From contig JYFJ02002444.1 of NCBI GenBank assembly GCA_000934665.2, positions 1-56,896 of the forward strand: 56,896 nucleotides of DNA, in the 5' to 3' direction. Shown here in pieces: positions 1 to 10,168 of the stretch; within the stretch, counting starts at the first letter, position 1, and each line of letters begins with the position of its first letter. Source of the DNA: Catajapyx aquilonaris. Taxonomy: Eukaryota. The translations under genes were made by a program, and so were the position numbers. Below the pieces are notes generated by a model. It saw only the letters and a program-made list of their open reading frames with translations. It was not told the origin of the DNA and did no database searches.

Positions 1-1747
1 AACCTGGCAACAACAGAACCGCTATTGATAATCCGCGCGTCTCCTAGGAGGCGGACTTTCGTTGCTAGATGGCTCTGCTGTTGCCAGGTTATGGCACCTC
101 GCATCGTTGGTTACTATCCGAGCGCCATCTATCAACAAAACAGGCCGCTCCCCTAGCGCCTCCCGCGTGACGCGTCTGAGCGCACCCGTTCCTTGTCTAT
201 GAACCCCCTCTAGATGGCGTTTCCGGACACGGGTTCCTATGTCAAAAATACTTGTCTTGGTCCCCTCTATTACCCCTGAAAGTCTTTGCAGAGTTACAAT
301 AGCCACCCTGGTATATTTATGTAAGGGAAAAAGTAAAAATTAATAAAAATTGCGTTTTTGGAAAAGTAAATTCAAATTTTAAAATTTAGCGTAACTTTTT
401 AAATATATTACATAAAATTATATTTGGTGGCCTTCGTCTATTCCGGGCACATCTCCAATTTATTTAAGTCCCTATGTACATCTCTCTACGATCGATATTA
501 AGGGAGATATCGTCACTTTTCGGATACAGCACAGCGCCAAAAACGATAAAATCGACAATCTTTCGTCGCCCGTAGTTCCGTTTTTAATTTTTTTTTCTCT
601 GATGAATGGCCTGTGCCACATTTGTTTGGGGTGGAGTACTTCCATTTAAAAAAGTCTGAACGAAATTCGAGATACCAAGGGCTAATATCGTGACGAACTG
701 ACGTGGAATGACCCATTGAGTTTTTGCCGCCCTGAGAATGATGTTATGGTGGTTTGGATATTTCCTGCTGGTCTCCCCAGATACACCATCCAAGTCGCTT
801 GCTAACCAGCCACCTCGGCATGTAATCATATTTTCTCTTACTGTACTTACTGCACTAACGCTGCCATTACTGTGACAAATGGGCGTCCAGAATGACTCTG
901 GACAAAAACCGGGACAACGCGTGAAATTTCGGAATGTCTGTTCGCCTAATTATTACCAATATGAAACCGGCAATTAGATTGAATATTAATTACGGTGTAC
1001 ATGATTTATAAAAATATGCGCCATTAAACTGTATGTAACAATTTTCATTAAAATGAAAATTCTGGACGGTTCCCAATCATTGAAAAACCAAATACAGTAA
1101 TACTGTAAATTACAATTTTTTAAATCCTAGTTTCAGACTTAAGAACCTGCCAGGAAAAATCAACTCTCATTTTTGAGTGAGAATGTAATTAGGAACAACT
1201 TCTGCTGGCTCATTTCGAAATTTCTCAAATAATTGCAACAGTAGTGTTGCATGAATGACCTGTTCTCCGCTGTTCTCTGACCTGTAGGTATAGAGTGGAT
1301 TTTTGTTCCTCCCTGTGACTAATAATTCCATCCAGCAACAGATGTATTTGAGTGTGATTGGAATGCAGGTGTTTGCACTGCTCTAGGCAGAGGGTTTATG
1401 ATTACGGAAGGAGAATGCCACGTGCCACCCAAGTATAACTAGTGTAAGTTTAGGATGTGGCTAATTTTTTTTTGTACATGGGGATTGCCACGATCATTTC
1501 CACCTTTCTTGCTTAGAGTGACATTTTGGGACTCCAGTGGGTCACTGTGATTCCTATTGACACTCCAACATGAAAATAATTAAGCCAATCCTGGATGCCA
1601 CCTAGACATTGACAACACCTTGTCCTGAATAGAGGAAAAATCATGCCAAACAGGTTCTGCCTGGTTGTGGGGAGGAGGTCAGGGGGGTTGGGGGTCAAGG
1701 GATGGGGGCTTTACGCCAAATGTTTAACGAGCTCATACCCATTTCAG

Positions 1748-2755
1748 GCAAACGATGCTGAAGAAAATGTGAAGAATGGAAACCGGCAAGACATGCAGAG
1801 AAGGAAACACTTGGAGGGGAAGGTTTGTCAGATTTGTACGAAGAAATTCACTTGCCGGACAAATTTGAGGATTCATATGAGAATCCATTCTGGTGAGAAG
1901 CCATTCAGTTGCAAAGTTTGCAAGAGAAAGTTTAGCCAGGCAGGACATTTGAATAGACACATGAGCACCCACACAGGGGAGAAGCCATTCAGTTGCTTAA
2001 TTTGCAAGATAAAGTTTAGTCAGTCAGGGAATTTGAATCTGCACATGCGAACCCACACAGGGGAGAAGCCATTCAGTTGCAAAGTTTGCAAGAGAAAGTT
2101 TCGTCACTCAGCAAGTTTGAACACACACATGAGAACCCACACAGGGGAGAAGCCATTCAGTTGCTCAATTTGCAAGAGAAAGTTTAGTCTGTCAGGACAT
2201 TTGAATCTGCACATGCGAACCCACACAGGGGAGAAACCATTCAGCTGCTCAATTTGCAAGAGAAAGTTTAGTCAGTCACAACATTTGAATGCCCATATGA
2301 GGACCCACACAGGGGAGAAGCCATTCAGTTGCTCAATTTGCAAGAGAAAGTTTAGTCAGTCAAATTGTCTGAATACCCACATGAGGACCCACACAGGGGA
2401 GAAGCCATTCAGTTGCAAAGTTTGCAAGAGAAAGTTTAGTCAGTCAGCAAGTTTGAATATCCACATGAGAACCCACACAGGGGAGAAGCCATTCAATTGC
2501 TCAATTTGCAAGAGAAAGTTTGGTCACTCAGTAGGTTTGAATTCACACATGAGGACCCACACGGGGGAGAAGCCATTCAGCTGCAAAGTTTGCAAGAGAA
2601 AGTTTAGTCAGTCAGCAAGTTTGAACACACACATGAGAACCCACACAGGGGATAAGCCATTCAGCTGCTCAATTTGCAAGAGATTGTTTAGGCAGTCAGG
2701 ACATTTGAATAAACACATGAGGACCCACACGGGGGAGAAGCCATTCAGTTGCTAA
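1748..2755 (+). CDS. C2H2 zinc-finger protein ZF1, terminal exon (11 fingers before stop; upstream exon not identified)
   Basis: Acceptor tttcag|GCA at 1747/1748, like the neighbouring ZF genes. 11 tandem CxxC-x12-HxxxH fingers with TGEKPF linkers. TAA at 2753-2755 replaces AAA (K) inside a 12th finger; the frame stays open to TAA 2909-2911. Confidence 0.9.
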   Translation, partial: ANDAEENVKNGNRQDMQRRKHLEGKVCQICTKKFTCRTNLRIHMRIHSGEKPFSCKVCKRKFSQAGHLNRHMSTHTGEKPFSCLICKIKFSQSGNLNLHMRTHTGEKPFSCKVCKRKFRHSASLNTHMRTHTGEKPFSCSICKRKFSLSGHLNLHMRTHTGEKPFSCSICKRKFSQSQHLNAHMRTHTGEKPFSCSICKRKFSQSNCLNTHMRTHTGEKPFSCKVCKRKFSQSASLNIHMRTHTGEKPFNCSICKRKFGHSVGLNSHMRTHTGEKPFSCKVCKRKFSQSASLNTHMRTHTGDKPFSCSICKRLFRQSGHLNKHMRTHTGEKPFSC

Positions 2756-2835
2756 GTTTGCAAGAGAAAGTTTAGTCAGTCAGGACATTTGAATGGACAC
2801 ATGAGGACCCACACAGGGGAGAAGCCATTCAGTTG
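1895..2835 (+). repeat. 84-bp coding minisatellite (homogenised zinc-finger array)
   Basis: Near-identical units 'acccacacaggggagaagccattcagttgc...tgcaagagaaagtttagtcagtcag...ttgaat...cacatgag' every 84 bp. Confidence 0.9.
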
Positions 2836-3673
2836 CGAGATTTGCATGCGGATGTTTGCAGATTCAAGAAATTTGAAAATGCATGTGAAAACACAAGCAA
2901 AAGAAATGTAATTTTGGTATGTTATCTGGATCAACCATGTCATGTGCAATGTTTAGTTATTATGAACTTGTGTGGCACCCTTGATGCGGATTTAGATTGG
3001 GAATGTTGAAGGAAAGAGCATTATTGTGAGGGTCGAGGGATGTGAAAGACACGTGAACCGTTGTTTTCTTTCCCTCCCAGACATCTAAACCTTGTTGTTT
3101 TTATGAAATGCCTATATAAGCGCCACACTTTTGCAAAAATGTGACCCTTATTTTTGGAATAACTGCGTTACACTTATGAAATGCCTATGTTAGCATAACA
3201 GTTTGAAGCTGTGACGCTTATTTAAAGAAGAACCTCGTTACGCCTTATAGTCAGTGCAGTCATTGCTGCTTTCGCTCCATAAAATTCCCAATAAAAATGC
3301 ATTAGGAATCCTAATGATTGATTGGGAATTTAATGGTGCGAAAACAGCAAGTACTGACTATAAGGCTAACGAGGTTATGGTACATTATAAACGGGCTTAT
3401 GGACTTTTGTACTCCAAACTTTAGAGAGTTACGCATAATTATTATAAGGAATAAAAAATTGATTACCTTACCAACGTTTTATTTTAACTTCAAATTCAAT
3501 CCACTTTGACAATTCCTAATGCAACAACGCAGAAAATAGTGACTTGTATAATTTTTTATTTACCTGTTGTTCTTATTCTTATTCCTATTTACCTGAGACA
3601 ATGCATGAGAATAAAACATGAAGATATAAGCCTGAAACATATGTAACTAATGGCTTTCATTTAATCAACGAAT

Positions 3674-3914
3674 GGGTTAGTGCCATAACGTGCTAAGCCA
3701 CAAAACCTTCATTCTGAGATATGGGCTTTCAAAAGTTTGGCTTAATATGGCAAATCATACAAAACAAGGAACATTATTCGTGATTTTCTCGTGATCTATG
3801 GGGAATTTTTCTAACTACGTGATGCCCACTTGTGAAGCACGTTGGCGGGACTTTCAGACACATGCAAGCTCAAAAAACACAAAAGTGTGGCTTAGCACGT
3901 TATGGCACTAACCC
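3674..3914. mobile_element. MITE with 29-bp perfect TIRs
   Basis: GGGTTAGTGCCATAACGTGCTAAGCCACA (3674-3702) is the exact reverse complement of 3886-3914. Confidence 0.8.
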
Positions 3915-4239
3915 CTTACTGTAAAGCCAATTAAATGCCAACTTCTTGCCATATTACAAGGAGAAGGTGACAAAATCTTGTTTGTATTTTTTGTACAAAC
4001 AATATATGAGAACAACACATGAAGCTAGAAACCTGAACCATATATGCCTAACTAGAATGTTGATATAGAATCGTTTTTGGTAAAATAAAAGTTGCATTAG
4101 TAATCCTAAGGACTTTTTTATTATTATTGCAGTATGTACATGTACATGTCAATATAACTTCTGTCACTCTGTATAAACATGCTTCATGAACCGCCAGTTA
4201 TTATTTCCATAAGAAATAGAAATCCCTTAAATATACATA

Positions 4240-4640
4240 CAGGGTGATTCACTAGGTCCATGGCGGTTTCTGATGAAATGCCACCAGCAGAAGTTTCAGC
4301 TTCATTACTTGCACCTACAACGACATTTCACACAATGAGAATGGTGTATTCAGGTAAGTCCTGCTCATTAGAGTCCCTGATTGTACAATAAGTCCTCTGA
4401 TGCTTGGTGGATCACGACAAAGAACATTTCCAATGTTTAGTATATCACGGGGTAATTATATTTCCGATGGAGTTCATCATCCTTTGAAACGACAATGATG
4501 GCCACTAAGCATACAGTGTTAAAGTATCATCAAGTGTGTGTTTGCGTGGTGAAGTAATAACTTGTTGCTTTACATTGAGAGCTCTAAGCAACAAAAATCA
4601 CTTTTTTTGTCCATGGAAATTAATCTCCATGTCCCATGTA
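4240..4640 (-). mobile_element. possible degenerate Tc1/mariner relic
   Basis: TA|CAGGGTGATTCA terminus; faint minus-strand resemblance to a transposase C-terminus (..VKQQV..); no intact ORF, inner boundary approximate. Confidence 0.3.
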
Positions 4641-4942
4641 CAAACTCTGAGCTTTATACCGTATTAATAATGAATAATGATGAATGCTAATTTGATCTGG
4701 TATTTCCTGAGGTGAATAATAATCGTGATGACTTAGATTTAGAAAACACTCACATTTTCGTTTGACTTAGCCCTTCATTTATAGGTCATTCTGTTTACAT
4801 CCCTTGGCTTATTATCTCGGCATGAAAATAAAATAAACGGCCCCATCGTGCGACCTGTGACACTTCCAGACAAAGCAACCAAGCCAATACTAATGTATAG
4901 AAAGGGGGTCGTATTATAGCCTACTTTCTCCTATATCTAGCA

Positions 4943-5222
4943 CACGTGATCGATGTTCCATTTCAGGGGAATCTTCGGAAGAAGTGTCCGCCATTTTTCC
5001 TTCCGTAAGTATACATAGGCCTGACACGAATGTTTCAACCACATGGAATACGAGATAATTCTTTGGTCACATGGAGGTCACTGGAAGCTCACTAACCCTT
5101 CTACTTCGTCCTTTGTAATCGTCTGATGAAAGTTGAGGAGCGGGATAAACCCACGAAAACATCTCTGCGGATAAGGGTGTCATTGCCCTCTGCCCTCTGC
5201 GGTCACCAATGTCACTATTTAA
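4943..5222 (+). promoter_or_regulatory. FREP proximal promoter (E-box, kappaB-like GGGGAATCTT, GATA, TATA-like TATTTAA)
   Basis: CACGTG ~4943, GGGGAATCTT 4966-4975, GATAAA ~5144, TATTTAA 5216-5222; homologous blocks upstream of FREP2, FREP4 and FREP5. Confidence 0.45.
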
Positions 5223-5290
5223 GCAGTACCCCCTACATGATTGAGGAGAAAGGAGTCGTCTTGATCCAGTCGAGTTCAGCATCCTCCGAG

Positions 5291-7443
5291 ATGATGGCCG
5301 ACATCAACAGTTTTGGTCTCTATTTGTTGTCCACCCTTCTGTTCCTCTCAGGGTCCAATAGTTCCCTGGCCCTGACTAACAATGCGGCCGAAAATATTCC
5401 TCATGCTGCTGATCCGGAACAGTCCAAGGAAGAGAGGCTGGAACTGGCCATACAAACAATCATGAAAACTATGGAGGATGGATTTGCTCGAACGGGTAAT
5501 AAGGAATATTTTGTTAATCATATGTATTGTTAATATGCTTTTTTCATTGTGCAGCACGAGAAGTGAGAGAAATCAAGGAGGGAGTGGCATCATTAGAAGA
5601 GGGGATCAAATCCTCAAAAAATGAAATGCAATCATCAGTAAAAAAGGAAATGACATCCATAAACGATGGTCTGAAATCTTTAGAAGAGAAATTGAGGTAC
5701 GTAAGTGAGCATGCAACCCAAATGCTTTTATTACCACCGTCCACCAATAGTCAAGGGTGGAATAATCGGGAATGTTATCATAGTCATCCTTTGCTATACT
5801 GTTAGGTCATGAAGCTGTTAAATGTGTATTCTGTAAGTCATTGTCGATAGATTAAGAAAGTAAGTTGAGAGGCATGTTCACCTAAATATTTACATTTTTT
5901 TTTTTCAAGATGTGTGATATTTTATTCCAGGGCACTGTCGAGTTGTAAGGAAGGTCAGACCCCTACGAGTGGTGACCTTGACCCTGCCACGAGGGACATA
6001 CAATCGGCATCTGAAGCGAGTCTCGCAGCAGAAAAGAGACTCAAGGCAGAGATTGGTCAGGCAGTGGACACTTTCACCTCATCAGTCACGAGAGCTTCGA
6101 TTGCTGAACAAAAAGTGGACAACGCAACTGTCTGTCCTACTGAATATGGTAGGTGAATTCTCATTGCTGGTACGCATTCTGTGCGTTGGATAAAAATATA
6201 AATTAGACTTGAGCTTGTATTTGCCATTAAAAACTGGAAAGTATAAGTTATTACGCACTCACAGTTGCAAGGAAGGTGCTTGGAGACACGCAGTTTTTTA
6301 CCAATAGGAAAAGGCTGACATGAGACATGCAATAATAAGCACGTCACTCGCAGAACTATGGCCTAACCGAGCTTCTATGCTACTGAGACATACGACATTG
6401 TACTTGATATATTTAAGACTGTGGGAAAAGATGTAATCAAGGTTCTCGGCAGAGTTTTGCAGAATAGAAAAATTAACGACTTCTTGACGACGAAATGCCT
6501 TAGATTCAGACAATATTTCTTTCACACCCGACACCTGCAATTCCCGCTACTTATATTTCTCCTACTATTATTCCTTCATCAGGTAATTGCGATGACGTTA
6601 AGCAACGAGGTCTCAGCACATCTGGCGCGTACACCGTCACCATTTCTGGAAAAAATGTCAAGGTGAGGCTCGCGGAAAAATGTCTCATTCACACGGATGA
6701 ATGATATTATGGGCTACATTATTTTGGTGGAATTAATAGAATTTACCTCACAAACTATAAAGTCGTCGTGTGTCCACAGGTGTACTGCGATATGGAGTCG
6801 GATGGAGGGGGGTGGACAGTGGTACAAAGAAGAGACGACATCGAGCCTCGCCTGGACTTCAATCGAGATTGGGCAGATTACAAGAGAGGGTTTGGTGATC
6901 TTAATGGGGAGTTCTGGCTGGGTGAGTTGCACTCTTGTCACTTATTGTCACCATCACAGAAGACGAATGGATTCACAGCCTTCCCGTATTGTCCCACCCC
7001 GTACAGGTCTTGACACCATCCACGGACTGACCAGTGACCCTTCCACTCCGATGAGGCTCCGGGTGGACCTGGAGGATTGGGAGGGGGAGGAGAGGGTCGC
7101 CTTGTACCACACTTTTAGAGTCCAAGATGAGGAGAAGAAGTACAACCTCACCGTGGGAGGGTACGAGAAGGGACCAGGAGAAGACCCGGGGGACTCTCTT
7201 GCCATCCACAATGGCATGGCCTTCGCCACATATGACCATGACAGCGATGGTAGTCGAAGGCACTGCGCAGCGAGTCACAAAGGTGGCTGGTGGTACAATT
7301 GGTGCCACGATGCCAATCTGAACGGAGATTCTTCTCTCAAGGGAAAGCACGACCAACGGAGCAACGGTATCATCTGGTACGATTGGAAGAGATATCATTA
7401 CTCTCTGAGAAGTACAGCCATGAAGATCAGACCCATCAGATAA
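5291..7443 (+). CDS. FREP1: secreted fibrinogen-domain protein (ficolin/tachylectin-like), ~407 aa
   Basis: Exons 5291-5495, 5555-5696, 5931-6148, 6583-6662, 6780-6921, 7007-7443 (1224 nt, open). Hydrophobic signal peptide, coiled coil, FBG motifs [44 protein letters not shown]. Confidence 0.88.
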
Positions 7444-7473
7444 ACGACCACTATCACATAATTACTGCATGTG

Positions 7474-7584
7474 CAGGGATGGAAAAAGAACCGCTTCTTT
7501 GGGCGGTAAGCGGTTCTTTTTCTATCCCTGCACATGGAAAAAAGAAGCGCTTCTTGGAAGGAAGCGGTACTTTTTCCATCCCTG
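7474..7584. mobile_element. hAT-like MITE just 3' of the FREP1 stop
   Basis: TIRs CAGGGATGGAAAAAG / CTTTTTCCATCCCTG; perfect 8-bp TSD TGCATGTG at 7466-7473 and 7585-7592. Confidence 0.85.
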
Positions 7585-8245
7585 TGCATGTGTCACATTT
7601 TGCAATCAGTTTATTGCGAACTTGCTATTAATAAAGAGCACAGTTATTCAGGGTCCACCTGCGAACAGTTCTTCTGAGATTTTCGCGACATCTGCGGAAT
7701 CGTATGTGGAACATCCAAACATGCAATCGATTTCGATTCATTATATGCAAAACAGGTTTTGTCATTTCCTTTTTTTGGTGCGTCTATTTGGGAATAAATT
7801 AATGCTCTCAACAGAGTCGAAACCAATGAGACCTACATACATTATTTGCAACAATGACACGCCCTGCTTAACAGTGTAAATGACCTCACAGCTGTTCATC
7901 TCTTTATTTCCTGAGCATTGAATTTATATGGCGACCATAGTGCTTTGGTCTGGTTTTCATTGCTTTTGTCCACAATGCGGACACAGGATGCTTCCTGCAC
8001 AACACACCTTCACACTTTTTTTTTTTAACGCCCAAAGTTGATAACAATTCAGCGCCATGCACGCAATGGACGAAAAATCAGGCGACAAATTCCGCCCACT
8101 ACTGTTATATCAGCCAAAAAAATAGCACTTTTATCACATAATCACACACACAGGATGGGCTGTTCTCTCATATAAAATGGCTTTAAAAAAATATCCGGCT
8201 TCTGTTTAATTTCCAGTTGCAACTCAGTCAACTTCGAGTCAAACG

Positions 8246-8995
8246 ATGCTGTTGTTCCTGCTTGGTGTGGTGGCCACCTCTATGGTAATTGGACTTAATT
8301 ACAGGCTAATTGTGTGCCCCAACGACCTCTTTCTCACTCTTGAACAAATTGCGACAAATTGCATCCCGCTTAGGTGTGCGTGAATGGAGACTGCCAGGGT
8401 CTGCCTCTGGACCATCCGGTGATGATCATCACGTTGGACTGCTCCAAGCTGCACGGACAAAACAAACTGGTTAGTACGACAACAATATCCTCACAAGCAA
8501 TGCTACAAGTAAACATCTCAATTATTGTTGACAGTGCGTGTCCGACTGCATAGGAATTCAGCTGGGAAATGTAAGTACGGCAGCCGTTAGTGGAATACCA
8601 TGTTACTTAATGTAAATGACACTGATCAGATCAACGAGGAAGGTGAGTGGAACCCGGAGACTGTGGAGGGGAACCTGGAGAAGCTGCCAGAAGGAGAGCT
8701 TCAACAGGCCTTCAACGAGACTTGGATCAAGTGCGCCAAGTTGGGGAAAGGTCAGTAGACAGCCATGTTATCAACTCAAAAAATATTCGATTGATTGTGA
8801 CCAATTGTTGGTTTCGCAGTTAAGGTGAACAGGAAGATACCAGACTGCGCGGGATTCATCAAAATGGGAAAGTGCTTCAGGAAAATATTCCATAAGGTTG
8901 GTACAATCGACTCGTATCGTACTAAGTAATCTTCATGCACACTTTTGTTCTTTCAGAGATGTCCGGAGTGGGATAAAATATTTGAGCAGCCATAG
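8246..8995 (+). CDS. odorant-binding-protein-like secreted protein (Plus-C-type cysteine pattern), ~135 aa
   Basis: Exons 8246-8284, 8374-8469, 8535-8570, 8630-8750, 8820-8896, 8957-8995 (408 nt, open). MLLFLLGVVATSMVCVNG signal; C-x3-C-x41-C-x14-C-x8-C-x8-CP; TATAAAA ~8172; AATAAA 9037-9042. Confidence 0.8.
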
Positions 8996-10168
8996 AAGCA
9001 TCGCAGTAAGCAGTGCAGACATGCAGCGTAGAATTCAATAAAGATTTTCCAGTCACACTCTCAATTCATTGTTGGCGACAAAAAACGGAGCCTGAGCTAC
9101 TCAGTTTCACTTCTGAAATGAAACGCAACGAACTTTAGCGACTGACTTTTATTCAGGAGGCAACCCAAATATTGAGTAGAGTGCGGCTTTCGAACAGTGT
9201 TTTTGCAGGGCAGTGCACGGCCGAGAGAGAAATCTCTGTAACGGCCAATTAACGTCACTTCAAACAGGTTGCACCTCTTAAAACTAACAATCCAAAACGC
9301 TTCTCCCAACTGAGTACTTGGGCAGTGCATTGCCTCGAGTACAGAGCTACGTCTGAAATAAAACAAGTCTCAACATTAACACACTTTTATAGGCAAAGTC
9401 CAATGACTAAAGGGGGAACTGAATACAAATAATTTAATACTGTACACCTCATCTGATAAGAATTGTTTTTACTACGAAAAATACCTCGGCAATGAAATTA
9501 CGTGTGCAAGATCAGCATCGACATTGTGTCGATCAGCAGTTCCAGTTTTATGCCTTTAGCGGGGGAAGTCCAGCATGATATCAAAATGGTGGTGAAATAG
9601 TATCATGCACGGGAGTCTCGGGTTAGCTGCCCATGGTAAATGGGCTCTACTTGTCCACCCGTGTGTGGTGGTCTGGCCCAGGGGCAGACAAGCCGGAAAA
9701 AAATATTTGGGAGTGAAGAGGAACTCAGTTTTGGTCATTCACTTTTTTCGTCTTCGTTTCAAATAGTTAGCACTGGGGACGAGGTGTGCAGACCTTTTAA
9801 ATTTGTTCTTTTGAAATACGCATGTGTAAAGAAATATTCCGCAGTTTTATTCATACACACTGATCACTACAAAAGAGAGTCACATTAAAACATTTTTAAA
9901 ATAACCAAATAAAAAGTGAATAACCAAAAACTTGGTCCCTCGTCATTCCCAGAAAATTTCTCTGGCTGTTCTTCCATATTTTTCCTTCCAAACAAATAAA
10001 AAACTAACATGTAAAAATTCACTGGTAAAAGCTGACCAGCAAGTCAACATAGATCTGCTCTTCTACCTTACATCAGACGACTGGGTTTGTTAACACTGCT
10101 TATGTCCTACGGAATGTGTTTGACAATAACCGAATAAGTCTTATCACAGTTCCACTGCCCAATTTCGC

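Noticed and set aside
1643..2755. Calling ZF1 PRDM9, or using the ORF-track start at 1643
   Set aside because: No PR/SET, KRAB or SSXRD domain visible; 1643-1747 lies upstream of a clear splice acceptor and is probably intron
1895..2835. CRISPR-like repeat/spacer array
   Set aside because: The 84-bp period is in-frame C2H2 coding sequence in a eukaryotic, intron-containing context; no cas genes
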